From positions 2,208,001 to 2,272,000 of the forward strand of contig OZ250165.1 in assembly GCA_965238005.1 (NCBI GenBank): a stretch of DNA of 64,000 bases. Direction: 5' to 3'. Shown here piece by piece: positions 38,339 to 49,103 of this stretch. The stretch's first letter is position 1, and each line of letters opens with the position of its first letter. The notes beneath the pieces were generated by a model. The model saw nothing but the letters and a program-made list of their open reading frames with translations, was not told the DNA's origin and ran no database searches. A program made the position numbers and the translations under genes. The DNA is from Longimicrobiales bacterium. Lineage in GTDB: Bacteria > Gemmatimonadota > Gemmatimonadetes > Longimicrobiales > Gaopeijiaceae.

Positions 38339-40287
38339 TGGGATTCCTCTCACCGCTCTTCCTCCTGGCCGGACTGGCGGTGGCCGTACCCCTGATACTG
38401 CACCTCTTCCACCGTCACGACGCTCGCCGCGTGGCGTTTCCGGCCCTTCGCTACCTACTGCGGACCGAGAAGGAGCATGCCCGAACCATCCGGCTGCGCC
38501 AGCTGCTGCTCCTCCTGCTCCGGATGGCTGCCATCCTCTTGCTGGTTGGGGCCGGTACCCGACCTTTCCTTCGAGGTGGAGGTGGGGTGCATGATCCCAC
38601 CGCTGCGGTCATCGTTCTCGACAACTCCATGAGCTCGGGCCTGATTCGGGGAGGCAATCGGGTTCTCGACCTCCTGAAGGCGGTGGCCCTCAGGAGCGTC
38701 GACGGCGCCAGCGACGAAGACCGCGTCTGGCTCATCCGGGCCGGCCAGGCGTGGGACGTGGCCATCACGGGCACACGGGCGGAGCTGCGGAAAGCCGTTC
38801 TCGCGACCGAAGTCACCGACGCGGCCGGAGATCTCCTCCCGGCTCTCGAAAGGGCGGTCGTGCTGGTCTCCGGCGCGGATCTGCCTGCGAGCGAGATCCA
38901 TCTGATCTCCGACATGCAGGCCTCGGCGTTCGCAGGTGCACCCACGACTGGGGCGCTCCAAGACATCCCCGTCGTCGTCTTCAACGCACGTGCCCCGATC
39001 CCGTGGAACGGTCACCTCGACAGCTTGCTGATCGGAGGGGGTCTGCCGCCCCTGGCCAACCAGCGCACTCGACTCTCCGTCCGTGTGTCCGGCACGGCCG
39101 ACGGCGGCGGCGTGCCCCTCCGCCTGGTGATCGGGAACCGCATCCGTGGCGCCGCCACCGCCCGTGCCGGGGGGTCGACGATCCTCCCCCTCGGGCCCTT
39201 CACCATCGGTCGTGTGAGCGGTTACGTGGAGAGTGATCCCGACGACCTGCGGGGCGACGACCGACGCTACTTCACCTTCCGAGTGCGGCGGCCACCTACC
39301 GTGGCCACCGCTGGGGCATCCTCGTTTTTCCTCTCCGAGGCGTTCCCGGTCCTCACGGACGCGGGGCGGATTCGGTTGACTCCGCCGCGGGATGCGGAGG
39401 TGCTCGTCAGCGTGGCCGGATCCGGGGTGAGGGAAGCGACCGGAGCCGGGCGCGCCACGGTGGTCGTGCCGCCGGGGGATGCCACACTCCTCCCGGGCCT
39501 CAACAGAGCCCTCGCCGCAGCGGGGATTCCATGGCGATACGAGCTCACCGAAGGGCGGGGGGAGGCCGCCGTCACACGATGGACGGGCCCCGTGGACCTG
39601 AGCGAAGTCCGAATCCGGTCCCACTACCTGCTCACTCCCAACGACGGCGGACTGGAGGCGGGCGTTCTCGCGCGCCTGTCGTCGGGGGAGCCCTGGCTGG
39701 TGGAGGGCACGACCCCCAGGGGTCCGTATCTCCTGATGGCCTCGGACCTGGAGCAGGAATCCACCAATCTGGCGGTAACCGCAGCCATGGTCCCGCTCCT
39801 GGAGTGGATGGTGGCCCGCTGGGGAAGTACCGACGCTGGATCGGCAGGCATCATGGCGGGTGGAGCCATACCCACACCGCCGGGAGCCACGGCGATCCGG
39901 GACCCACAGGGAGCCCTGCACCCCGTGGACGGAGCGCAGCCTTTCCGCGCCACCCGATGGACGGGACTGTACGAGGTCCTTCAGAGTGACTCCATCGTGA
40001 ACGTGGTGGCCGTCAATGCGCCCCTGTCGGAGTCGGTCCTGACACCCATCGAGCCCGACGACCTGGAGGCTCTCGTTCCCGGACCCATGACCGTGGTGGC
40101 GGACAGTGCTCGATGGACCCGGTCTCTCTTCTCCACGGGTCAGGGGCCTGAGATCTGGCGATGGCTGTTGGCCGCCGCCGTGCTGGTCCTTCTTGCCGAA
40201 AGCCTCGTGGCCGCCTCCGGACTTGCCGCAACCGGTCGACCCTCGGCTCCCGCCACCCACACGGCTCAGGATCCGACACCCGCCTGA
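38338..40287 (+). CDS. BatA-domain / vWA membrane protein
   Basis: MGFLSPLFLLAGLAVAVPLILHLF...FPALRYL, MIDAS DNSMSS, ISDMQ, C-terminal TM. Confidence 0.88.
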   Translation: MGFLSPLFLLAGLAVAVPLILHLFHRHDARRVAFPALRYLLRTEKEHARTIRLRQLLLLLLRMAAILLLVGAGTRPFLRGGGGVHDPTAAVIVLDNSMSSGLIRGGNRVLDLLKAVALRSVDGASDEDRVWLIRAGQAWDVAITGTRAELRKAVLATEVTDAAGDLLPALERAVVLVSGADLPASEIHLISDMQASAFAGAPTTGALQDIPVVVFNARAPIPWNGHLDSLLIGGGLPPLANQRTRLSVRVSGTADGGGVPLRLVIGNRIRGAATARAGGSTILPLGPFTIGRVSGYVESDPDDLRGDDRRYFTFRVRRPPTVATAGASSFFLSEAFPVLTDAGRIRLTPPRDAEVLVSVAGSGVREATGAGRATVVVPPGDATLLPGLNRALAAAGIPWRYELTEGRGEAAVTRWTGPVDLSEVRIRSHYLLTPNDGGLEAGVLARLSSGEPWLVEGTTPRGPYLLMASDLEQESTNLAVTAAMVPLLEWMVARWGSTDAGSAGIMAGGAIPTPPGATAIRDPQGALHPVDGAQPFRATRWTGLYEVLQSDSIVNVVAVNAPLSESVLTPIEPDDLEALVPGPMTVVADSARWTRSLFSTGQGPEIWRWLLAAAVLVLLAESLVAASGLAATGRPSAPATHTAQDPTPA

Positions 40288-40289
40288 TC

Positions 40290-43200
40290 GTGTCCGCCAG
40301 TCCCCACCCCATCGTTCAGGCGATAAGCACGTGCCCCGGCTTCGAGCGGTTGTGCCGTCAGCTGCCGGGCCGCGGGCAGCGTCGCGTTCTCGGTGGCGCC
40401 GTCGGCTCTGCATCCACGGCCGTGGTGGCAGCCCTCCACGAGCGCTTCGCGACCAGGGTGCTGGTGGTCGTCACACCGTCGCCACAATCGGCCACCGATG
40501 CGGAGGCGGACCTGGAGGTCCTGCTCGGTCGAGAGGAGTCCTTCCTGTTTCCCCAGAGGGAGGCCCTCCCCTACGAGTCGAGCGAGCCACATCTGGAGAT
40601 CGGAGGGCTCCGGGTCGAAGCCGTTGAGGCCCTTCTGGGGGGTCGGGCACGGCTGCTGGTGACGACCTTGCGCGCGTTGCAGGAGCGGGCCCCGATCCCG
40701 GCAGGTTTGGCAGAGCTCCGGATCACTCTGCGAACGGGGGGGGAGCCGGGTTTCCAACGCCTGATACAAGACCTCGACAAGCGGGGCTTCGAGCGGGTTC
40801 CCCTGGTGGAGGAAGTGGGGCAGTACGCGGTGCGTGGTGGCCTCTTCGACATCTTCTCGTTCGGGACTCCCGAGCCGTTCCGCGTGGAGTTCTGGGGCGA
40901 CGAGATCGTGTCGCTTCGCTTCTTCGACATTTTGGACCAGCGCTCGAAGGGGTCGACGGACGAGGTCCATATGCTTCCGGTGGACTTCCACAGGGAGCGA
41001 GACAACGGGGCCGTGGTCTCCCGGTCACTTCTGGAGCTTCTCCCCGCGGACGTGCTCCTACTCCGGTTCGGAGACGAGGATTGGTCGGCCGAGCTCACCC
41101 GCACCTGGGGCCATGTGTGTCGGCTCCACGACGAGCTCGAGGCAGAGGGAAAGGCGCCCGACGGGCCCGAGACCCTCTTCGTCGACCCTCAGGAGGCCGA
41201 GGAGCGACTCTCGAGTCACGCCCGGGTCGACGTCTCGCCCGAGTCGAACGACGCCCTCCAGCTGGCGTGCACATCGCCGCCCGTCATCGACCGCGACATG
41301 TCCCGGCTGGGAGCGGAACTTCGGGCGGCCTCCGGCATGGGGCAGAAGAGCCTCGTCCTGTGCGATAACCGCGGCCAGTGCGACCGGCTCGAAGAGATCC
41401 TCGGTGGCCCCGAGAAGATCCCTCCCGGAGCCCATGTCGTAGTGGGCTCTCTCGCCGCTGGCTTCGTCCTCGAGTGCGCTGAGCCTCCGCTTCGGGTCTT
41501 TACGGACCACGAGATCTTCCGGCGCTCCAGGAGAGTGCGCAGGGGTCGGCGCTTCCGAGGGGCCGTGGCGCTGGAAAGTCTCTCGCAGCTGTCCCGGGGA
41601 GACCATGTGGTGCACATGGAGCACGGAGTCGGAGTCTTCAGGGGGCTGGAGCGAGTCGACATCGCAGGCGAAGAGCTCGAGTCCATGGCCATCGAGTACG
41701 CCGGGGGGGAGGTCCTCCGCTTGCCCGTATCCCGCTTGGATCTCGTAGAGCGGTGGGTCGGCGAGTCGGAGACGGCCAAGCCCCCCGCCCTGCACCGAAT
41801 CGGCGGCAAGCGCTGGAAGACCCTGAAGCGCCGAACCAGCCAAGCCATCGAGAAGATGACGGTAGAGCTGCTCGAGCTCTACGCGAGGCGCTCGACGATC
41901 CAGGGGTTCGCCTACTCCCCTGATACCCTCTGGCAAAAGGAGATGGAGTCCTCGTTCCTCTACGAGGACACTCCGGACCAGCGGCTCGCGACGGAGGACG
42001 TGAAGCGCGATATGGAGTCTTCGGGGCCGATGGATCGACTGATCTGCGGAGACGTGGGATACGGCAAGACCGAGGTCGCCATCCGGGCGGCCTTCAAGGC
42101 GGTCCAAGACGGCAAGCAGGTGGCGCTTCTGGCCCCCACCACTGTTCTCGTCGAGCAGCACCGCCACACGTTCGAAGAGCGCCTGGCCGACTACCCAGTG
42201 AAAATCGGCGCCCTGAGCCGCTTCCGGACGCCGAAGGAGCAGAAGCTGCTGCTCCAGAGGTTGAAGACCGGCGAAGTGGACATCGTCATCGGGACCCACC
42301 GCCTCCTTTCCAAGGACGTGGAGCTGGCACGGCTCGGCCTGCTCATCGTGGACGAGGAGCAAAGGTTCGGTGTCCGACACAAGGAGCGCCTCAAGCAGCT
42401 CCGGGCCTCCGTGGACGTGCTGACGCTCACGGCGACCCCCATCCCCCGGACGCTGTACCTGTCCCTCACGGGGATTCGCGACCTCTCACTCATACGAACG
42501 CCGCCCCGGGACCGCGTTCCGATCATCACCCACGTGGTTCCATGGTCCGATCAGATCATCGCCGAGTCCCTTCAGCGGGAGTTGGACCGGGGGGGGCAGG
42601 CGTTCTTCCTGCACAACCTGGTGGCGACCATTCACGGGGCCGCGGGCCGCGTGCGAGATCTGGCCCCGGAAGCCCGGGTGGACGTGGCCCACGGGCAGAT
42701 GAAGTCGCGGGAGCTGGACCGGGTCATGCGTGACTTCGTCGACGGCGAGATCGACGTGCTCGTGTGCTCGTCCATCATCGAGAATGGGCTCGACGTACCG
42801 AACGCGAATACGCTCATCGTAAACCGGGCCGACCACTTCGGACTGTCCCAACTGTACCAGATCCGAGGGCGGGTGGGGCGCTCTGACCGCCGGGCCTATT
42901 GCTACCTGATCGTGCCGGACCACCTCAACGACGAAGCCGAGCGCCGCCTTTGGGTGCTGGAGCACTACACCGAGCTGGGGAGCGGCTACTCGGTAGCGCT
43001 ACGCGACATGGAGCTCAGAGGCGCGGGAAACCTCCTGGGGGGCGATCAGTCCGGGTTCGCCCACGCCATCGGCATAGACGCCTACATGCGTCTTTTGGAG
43101 CAGACTGTGAAGCGGGTCAAGGAAGGCGAGGAGGAGCCCGAGTATCCGCACCCGGAAATCACCATGACGGGATCGGCGTACTTACCCGACGAGTACGTGC

Positions 43201-43601
43201 CGGACTCGGGGCAGAAGCTGCACCTCTACCGTCGCCTGTCGAAGCTCACCCGCATTGCGGAAGTGGACGCCCTCGGCGAAGAGTTGGAAGACCGATTCGG
43301 GGCTCTTCCAGAGGAGGTACAGCGCCTCCTCGACGGAGCCGGGTTGAGGATCCTCGGGCGCAAGCTGGGGATCGAGCGTATCCTCCTTCGAGAGGGAGAG
43401 GCGAGGGTGAACTTCCGCTCCACCGCCATGCCCCGTCTCGCCGTGTTGGAGGGTCCACTCCGCGACCACCAGGTCGATGTCGAGGTCCGGAGAATGGCCC
43501 CTCTCTCCCTGGCCCTTCATCAAGCCGGGCCCGATACGCTAGTTTCGACGCTGATCCTCGCTCTTTCGACTTTATTAAATACTCGAAGTGACACATCCTA
43601 A
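40290..43601 (+). CDS. mfd: Transcription-repair coupling factor
   Basis: MDRLICGDVGYGKTEVA, DEEQRFGV, TATPIPRTL, QIRGRVGRS, RGAGNLLG. Confidence 0.98.
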   Translation: MSASPHPIVQAISTCPGFERLCRQLPGRGQRRVLGGAVGSASTAVVAALHERFATRVLVVVTPSPQSATDAEADLEVLLGREESFLFPQREALPYESSEPHLEIGGLRVEAVEALLGGRARLLVTTLRALQERAPIPAGLAELRITLRTGGEPGFQRLIQDLDKRGFERVPLVEEVGQYAVRGGLFDIFSFGTPEPFRVEFWGDEIVSLRFFDILDQRSKGSTDEVHMLPVDFHRERDNGAVVSRSLLELLPADVLLLRFGDEDWSAELTRTWGHVCRLHDELEAEGKAPDGPETLFVDPQEAEERLSSHARVDVSPESNDALQLACTSPPVIDRDMSRLGAELRAASGMGQKSLVLCDNRGQCDRLEEILGGPEKIPPGAHVVVGSLAAGFVLECAEPPLRVFTDHEIFRRSRRVRRGRRFRGAVALESLSQLSRGDHVVHMEHGVGVFRGLERVDIAGEELESMAIEYAGGEVLRLPVSRLDLVERWVGESETAKPPALHRIGGKRWKTLKRRTSQAIEKMTVELLELYARRSTIQGFAYSPDTLWQKEMESSFLYEDTPDQRLATEDVKRDMESSGPMDRLICGDVGYGKTEVAIRAAFKAVQDGKQVALLAPTTVLVEQHRHTFEERLADYPVKIGALSRFRTPKEQKLLLQRLKTGEVDIVIGTHRLLSKDVELARLGLLIVDEEQRFGVRHKERLKQLRASVDVLTLTATPIPRTLYLSLTGIRDLSLIRTPPRDRVPIITHVVPWSDQIIAESLQRELDRGGQAFFLHNLVATIHGAAGRVRDLAPEARVDVAHGQMKSRELDRVMRDFVDGEIDVLVCSSIIENGLDVPNANTLIVNRADHFGLSQLYQIRGRVGRSDRRAYCYLIVPDHLNDEAERRLWVLEHYTELGSGYSVALRDMELRGAGNLLGGDQSGFAHAIGIDAYMRLLEQTVKRVKEGEEEPEYPHPEITMTGSAYLPDEYVPDSGQKLHLYRRLSKLTRIAEVDALGEELEDRFGALPEEVQRLLDGAGLRILGRKLGIERILLREGEARVNFRSTAMPRLAVLEGPLRDHQVDVEVRRMAPLSLALHQAGPDTLVSTLILALSTLLNTRSDTS

Positions 43602-43635
43602 CCATATACCATATAGTGATTTAAGGATGATAGCG

Positions 43636-45090
43636 ATGTTTTTGACCGAACCCCTCCACCGGGTGGGACGTGCCGTCCGCGCGACGGCTCTGGGATTGGG
43701 CGCAATCCTCATGGCGTGTGATGCGGGGTCCGACCGGATCGTGGCGACCGCCGGCGACCGCGAGCTCTCGGTCGACCAATTGGTGGACCTCCTGGCCCGC
43801 CAGAACACGGTTGCCAGTCAGCCGCAGGTCGTGGATGCGCTCGCCAACTTCTGGGTCGACTACATCCTCCTGGCCATGGCGGCCCAGGAGGACTCTCTCT
43901 TCAGCGATCTGGATCTGAGCCCTCTCCTGGAGCCTCAGTTCCAGCAGGAGATCATCGACAACTACCTCGGATCGGTCGTCGCGCCGGACACCGCCCTCTC
44001 AGAGGACGAGCTCAGGGAGCTGTGGGACGCGGATCCGCCCGAGGATTCCGTTCGGGCACGGCACATCCTGTTGACCTTTCCGGACTCGGCCACCCAGGCT
44101 CAGATCGACAGCGTCGTAAACCTTGCGATCGAGCTCAAGAACCGGGCCACGGCGGGGGAGTCCTTCGAGGCGCTGGCGCGCCGATACTCCGAGGATCCAG
44201 GCAGCGAGCCGCTCGGCGGAGATCTCGGTTACTTCGGCCCCGGCGCCATGGTACAGCCTTTCGAGGAGGCGACGTACGCCCTCGAAGTCGGGGCCGTGAG
44301 TGATCCCGTACAGAGCTCGGTCGGGCTGCACGTGATCCAGCTCGTCGACCGTAAACCGACAACCTTCGAAAGTGGTGCAGCCTCCTTCCGAGATGTCGTG
44401 GTCGCTCAGCGCGTTCGTGAGGCCGAGTCGACCTTCCTCTCCGCCTTGGACGAGGAAGCTGGCATCGAGGTCACGCCGGAGGCTGTGACAGTCCTGAGAG
44501 AGCTCGCGGCCAGACCACGGGACGCCCTGAGTGGACGGGCCGCCGGTCGGACGATGGTCGACTATCGAGGCGGAGCCTATGCGGCAGGCGATCTCCTCGA
44601 CTTACTGCAGACCAGGCCTCCGGACTTCGCAGCCCAGGTGCTGGGCTCGCCGGACGAGAACCTGAGTGCGCTTCTCCGGCGGCTGGGTCAGGGACGAGTG
44701 CTGCTCGCCAGGGCGGAGGATGCCAGCGTCACCCTATCTGAGGAACGCCAGGACACGTTGTATCGCATGACGCGTGAACGGGTGATCCAGGCATCCGATG
44801 CCCTCGGGATCCGTCAGATAACGGTGCTGGAGAACGAGACGCCCGATGAGGCGCTTGATCGCACGGTGCTTCAGGTCATGCGGGAGCTCGTGGCCGGCAC
44901 ACGCGACGCCATCTCCCTCAGCGTCGTCACCGTGGCACTCCGGAGAGAGACGGACTGGTCGATTTCGGGTCGCTCGATCGCGGCCACGGTCGCGCGGATC
45001 GATGAGTTTATTGGATCCACGGAAGGCACCCAGCCTCAGGCGGTGCCCACCGTGCCGGGCGGGGCCCCGCAGGACACGATCGGGAATTGA
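43636..45090 (+). CDS. Parvulin-type peptidyl-prolyl isomerase (probable lipoprotein)
   Basis: Lipobox-like LMAC, VRARHILL, YSEDPGS, GGDLGYF, MVQPFE. Confidence 0.87.
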   Translation: MFLTEPLHRVGRAVRATALGLGAILMACDAGSDRIVATAGDRELSVDQLVDLLARQNTVASQPQVVDALANFWVDYILLAMAAQEDSLFSDLDLSPLLEPQFQQEIIDNYLGSVVAPDTALSEDELRELWDADPPEDSVRARHILLTFPDSATQAQIDSVVNLAIELKNRATAGESFEALARRYSEDPGSEPLGGDLGYFGPGAMVQPFEEATYALEVGAVSDPVQSSVGLHVIQLVDRKPTTFESGAASFRDVVVAQRVREAESTFLSALDEEAGIEVTPEAVTVLRELAARPRDALSGRAAGRTMVDYRGGAYAAGDLLDLLQTRPPDFAAQVLGSPDENLSALLRRLGQGRVLLARAEDASVTLSEERQDTLYRMTRERVIQASDALGIRQITVLENETPDEALDRTVLQVMRELVAGTRDAISLSVVTVALRRETDWSISGRSIAATVARIDEFIGSTEGTQPQAVPTVPGGAPQDTIGN

Positions 45091-45146
45091 CGGGGACTCG
45101 TCGCTGGCTTCCGGAACATGACTTTTCCAAGAGGTTTAGATAACGG

Positions 45147-46514
45147 ATGACATACGGTCCGACGAGACCAGAAACCGTAATCCGATCCTGTGGTCGGGCC
45201 ATTGGCGCCGTGCTGCTTATCGGGGTGGCCCTGGCGAGCACGGTCAGGCCGGGCTTCGGCCAGAACCCCCCGGGCCTCACCGACGTAGTCGAGCAGGTCG
45301 CCGCAGTGGTGGGCGACTCCGTGATCCTGATGACGGAGATCGATTCCTACCTTCTTCGGTTGGCATCGCAGGGTTGGACACGCCCGGAGACCACGGCCGA
45401 ACTCATGGCCTTCAAAGCCGACGTGCTCGATCTCCTCATCAACGAACAGCTGGTGATCCAGGATGCAGGGCGGGACAGCACCCTCGCGGTCAGTGAAGAG
45501 GAGCTGGAAGGCCGACTCCAGCTGGAGATCGACGGCCAGGTCCGTCAGTTCGGCACCCTCGCGCGGCTACAAGAGGCTCTCGCGGCGCAGAACATGACGA
45601 TGTCCGTCTTCCGGGACCAACGCAGAGACGCCATCAAGCGTCAGCTGCTGCAGGAGCGCTACATGGCGAAGAAGGGGCGGAGTACCACGGAGATCTACGT
45701 CTCCGAGGCGGAGCTCAGAGCCTACTTCGAGGAGAACCGGGAGCAGATGCCCCAGCTCCCTCCCACCGTCCGCTTCATGAATCTCCAGCTAAGGCCCGAA
45801 CCGTCCGACTCCGCCAAGGCAGCGGCGGCCGCGGAGGCGGAGAGCATTCTGCTGATGATCAGAGACGGCACCGCCGACGACTTCGGAGAGCTGGCGAGGC
45901 AGTACTCGGCCGGACCGTCGGCTGGGGACGGGGGAGAGCTCGGCTGGATCCGCCGTGACGGCAGCCTCGTCGAGGAGTTTGAAGAGGCCGCGTTCCTGCT
46001 GGCGCCCGGGATGGTGAGCGACCCGGTGGAGACCGACTTCGGGTACCACCTGATCTTGGTCGATCGGGTGCGTGGCGGAGAGCGACGGGTGCGGCATATC
46101 CTCATCGAGCCGGAGATCACGGAGGCGGATATCACCGCCAACCTGGAACGTGCCATCGAGGTCCGGAATCGGCTCCTCGCCGGAGAGGAGATGGCGGATC
46201 TGTCCGACGAGCCCGTGGACACGCTGGATCTGACCATCGCGGAGGCGAACCAGATCTCTGGCCCCTACGCTCGCGCCCTCCAGAACGCGGGGCCAGGCGA
46301 CATCCTGGGCCCCCTTCGCTTCGAAGACCCCCGATCCGAGAACACGCTCGGGATCGTGAGGGTGATGGAAAGCAAGGGCGGCAGGACGCTCCAGTTCGAG
46401 GACGTCCGGGATCAGATCGAAGCCCGCCTAAAGTCCGAGCTCCTCAGAAAGAAAGTGGTCGATGGCTTGAGGAACCGCGTATTCATCGACGTCCGCCTCG
46501 TCGGAGCGCGCTGA
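45147..46514 (+). CDS. surA: SurA-like chaperone/PPIase
   Basis: VAAVVGDSVIL N-domain, GGELGW, VETDFGYHLI, VRHILI; upstream of pdxA. Confidence 0.82.
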   Translation: MTYGPTRPETVIRSCGRAIGAVLLIGVALASTVRPGFGQNPPGLTDVVEQVAAVVGDSVILMTEIDSYLLRLASQGWTRPETTAELMAFKADVLDLLINEQLVIQDAGRDSTLAVSEEELEGRLQLEIDGQVRQFGTLARLQEALAAQNMTMSVFRDQRRDAIKRQLLQERYMAKKGRSTTEIYVSEAELRAYFEENREQMPQLPPTVRFMNLQLRPEPSDSAKAAAAAEAESILLMIRDGTADDFGELARQYSAGPSAGDGGELGWIRRDGSLVEEFEEAAFLLAPGMVSDPVETDFGYHLILVDRVRGGERRVRHILIEPEITEADITANLERAIEVRNRLLAGEEMADLSDEPVDTLDLTIAEANQISGPYARALQNAGPGDILGPLRFEDPRSENTLGIVRVMESKGGRTLQFEDVRDQIEARLKSELLRKKVVDGLRNRVFIDVRLVGAR

Positions 46515-46529
46515 CGCACTGTATCTGCC

Positions 46530-47474
46530 ATGTCGGTGATCCGTCTAGCGGTCACGCTCGGTGACCCAAGGGGCATCGGGCCCGAGATCGTAGCGAAGGC
46601 CATCCGGAGCCTTCAGGACCGACATGCCGCTTCCCCGGTCGTTCTGGTCGGCCCGCAAGGCTTCGACCCCGGACTTGGCCCCTACGAGTCGGTGGGTCCA
46701 TTCGACGGGTCGGAGGCGTCGGCGGGCGCGGTGGCTGCCCTCGCCATAGAGCGTGCGGTGACCCTGGCCGGGGAAGGGTCGGTCTCGGCCATCGTCACGG
46801 GTCCCATTCACAAACCGGCGCTACGGGCGGCCGGCTATTCCGACCCAGGCCATACCGAGATGCTCCAGCGGCTCACCGGCGCCCCCGAGGTAGGGATGCT
46901 CATGGCGGCCGAGGAGACGAAGGGCGGTGGCCCCCTCCGCGTGCTCCTGGCCACGACCCACGTCGCGCTGAGAAGAGTGTCCGATCTCGTCAGCCACCGG
47001 GTGCTGGTAGCTCAAACGTCTCTCTTGAGCGAAGCACTCAAGACCGACTGGGGAATCAAGGAGCCCCGGATCGGGCTGTGCGCTCTCAACCCCCACGCGT
47101 CGGACGGAGGCCTTTTCGGGGACGAAGAGGCAGTAGTGTTCTTCCCAGCCGTGGAGGAGCTCCGGGAGGCGGGGGTGGACGTCCGGGGCCCTCTTCCAGC
47201 GGATACGGTCTTCGGCCGCGCCCTCAGGGGGGAGTTCGACGCCGTGGTGGCGCCCTACCATGACGTGGGGATGGCCGCGTTCAAGACCGTCGCGTTCGGG
47301 CGGGGTGTAAACGTCACCCTGGGACTGCCCTTCGTACGAACGTCTCCCGACCACGGCACGGCCTTCGACCTAGTGGGAACCGCCCGTGCCGACCCGTCTT
47401 CCATGGAAGAGGCGATCCGCTTGGCCGCATGCATCGTGCAGAGCCGTTTTGACACGCTGGCCGTTCGAGCTTAG
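46530..47474 (+). CDS. pdxA: 4-hydroxythreonine-4-phosphate dehydrogenase
   Basis: GDPRGIGPE, GHTE, LNPHA, YHD, RTSPDHGTAFD. Confidence 0.96.
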   Translation: MSVIRLAVTLGDPRGIGPEIVAKAIRSLQDRHAASPVVLVGPQGFDPGLGPYESVGPFDGSEASAGAVAALAIERAVTLAGEGSVSAIVTGPIHKPALRAAGYSDPGHTEMLQRLTGAPEVGMLMAAEETKGGGPLRVLLATTHVALRRVSDLVSHRVLVAQTSLLSEALKTDWGIKEPRIGLCALNPHASDGGLFGDEEAVVFFPAVEELREAGVDVRGPLPADTVFGRALRGEFDAVVAPYHDVGMAAFKTVAFGRGVNVTLGLPFVRTSPDHGTAFDLVGTARADPSSMEEAIRLAACIVQSRFDTLAVRA

Positions 47475-47477
47475 CTT
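47449..47477 (+). promoter_or_regulatory. Sigma70 promoter for ftsEX, overlapping the pdxA 3' end
   Basis: TTGACA-N17-TAGCTT. Confidence 0.7.
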
Positions 47478-47546
47478 TCCCTTTCGGGCACTCGTTGCTC
47501 CCGGAAGTGCATGGTAAGCACCAACTTACGGGGTCGCGACAACCGC

Positions 47547-48242
47547 GTGATCAAGCTCATTCAAGTCACGAAAGAGTACGCCCGGCCAGAGCCGGCCCTC
47601 AAAGACATCTCCTTCCACCTGCCCAAGGGACAGTTCGCCTTCCTCACGGGCCATTCGGGCTCGGGCAAATCCACCACGCTGCGGCTCGTCCACATGGTGG
47701 AGCGACCTACCCGGGGAGAGGTCCGGGTATGCGGATTCTCGTCGCAGCGCACCTCCCACCGCGAAATGTGGAAGCTTCGCCGCCGTGTCGGCTACGTCTT
47801 CCAGGACTTCCGGCTGCTTCTGGACCGCACCGCGATGGAGAACGTGGCCTTCGCCCTCGCGGTGACGGGTGCTTCCAGGAAACAGATCCGGCCCCGTGCG
47901 CAGCGGCTGCTCGCGCAGGTGGGGTTGGCCCCGAAGGCCGGCTCCGCGATTCACGAGCTGTCCGGTGGAGAGCAGCAGCGGGTGGCCATCGCCCGTGCGC
48001 TCGCCAGTGAGCCCCTCCTCCTCCTGGCCGACGAGCCCACGGGCAACCTCGACGACCGCGCCACGCACGGCATGATGGAGCTATTCTGGGAGGTCAATGC
48101 CATGGGGATGGCTGTGCTGATGGCCACACACGACCTGGAGCTGGTCCGCCGGTATCCGTCGGCGCGTGTCCTCGAGCTCGACCAGGGCCGGATGGTCTAC
48201 GACTCGGACGAGAAGCAAGCGGTATCCGGGAGCGCGGACTGA
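47547..48242 (+). CDS. ftsE: Cell division ATP-binding protein FtsE
   Basis: GHSGSGKST, VFQDFRLL, LSGGEQQR, ADEPTGNLD; precedes ftsX. Confidence 0.94.
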   Translation: MIKLIQVTKEYARPEPALKDISFHLPKGQFAFLTGHSGSGKSTTLRLVHMVERPTRGEVRVCGFSSQRTSHREMWKLRRRVGYVFQDFRLLLDRTAMENVAFALAVTGASRKQIRPRAQRLLAQVGLAPKAGSAIHELSGGEQQRVAIARALASEPLLLLADEPTGNLDDRATHGMMELFWEVNAMGMAVLMATHDLELVRRYPSARVLELDQGRMVYDSDEKQAVSGSAD

Positions 48243-48243
48243 C

Positions 48244-49101
48244 GTGTTGTATTCCCTACGCGAAGCCGTCATGGCCTTCCGGCGAGCCCCGCTTCTGACG
48301 AGCCTCTCGGCCGCCATGGTGGGTCTGGCACTCTTCGTGGTTGGATTGTTCGCGTTGGCGACTCACAACCTGAAGCTCGCCCTTGACATCCTGGAGGAAC
48401 GGGTGGAGATCGTGGCGTACCTCCGGGACGACGCGAGCACCGACGAGATCGCCAACATGGAGAGGGCCATCTCGGCCTTGCCCGAGGTCCTCGCTATCGA
48501 GTTCGTCACGAAGGACGAGGCGCTCGCAAAGGCACGCCGGGAGCTCCCCGAATTCCGCGAAGTGATGACGGACCTGGAGGTGAACCCTCTCCCGGCTTCG
48601 TTGGAGATACAGCTCCGAACGGGCAGCCGGACGCCGGCCACCGTCAAGCGACTGGCCCAGCAGGCGAGGCTGTATCCCTTCGTGGAGGAGGTCCAGTACG
48701 GTCAGGAGTGGGTGGAAAAGCTCTTCACGCTCCGGCGCGTGGGCGGTGTCACCGCCACTGTGCTGGGTTCTGCCTTCGCCGTGGTGGCCGCCCTCATCAT
48801 AGCAACGGCGGTCCGGATCGCCATCTTCGCCAGGCGTGAGGAGATCAAGGTGATGCAACTCGTGGGCGCCCGGAACGGCTTCATCCGACGTCCCTTCCTC
48901 ATCGAGGGCGGGATCACGGGGGCCTTGGGCGGAGCCCTGGCGATCGGACTCACGTACGCGACCTTCAGAGCGGTCTTCCACTATCTCTTTTCCATAGCCT
49001 GGATCCCCGTGGAGTGGGCCGGCGCGGGGCTTTTGATCGGAGTCGTCTTCGGCGTCATCGCCAGCAGCTTCGCCGTGAGCAAGCACCTGAGGGAAGTCTG
49101 A
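48244..49101 (+). CDS. ftsX: Cell division permease FtsX
   Basis: NPLPASL, ARREEIKVMQLVGA, FIRRPFLIEG. Confidence 0.94.
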   Translation: MLYSLREAVMAFRRAPLLTSLSAAMVGLALFVVGLFALATHNLKLALDILEERVEIVAYLRDDASTDEIANMERAISALPEVLAIEFVTKDEALAKARRELPEFREVMTDLEVNPLPASLEIQLRTGSRTPATVKRLAQQARLYPFVEEVQYGQEWVEKLFTLRRVGGVTATVLGSAFAVVAALIIATAVRIAIFARREEIKVMQLVGARNGFIRRPFLIEGGITGALGGALAIGLTYATFRAVFHYLFSIAWIPVEWAGAGLLIGVVFGVIASSFAVSKHLREV

Positions 49102-49103
49102 CC

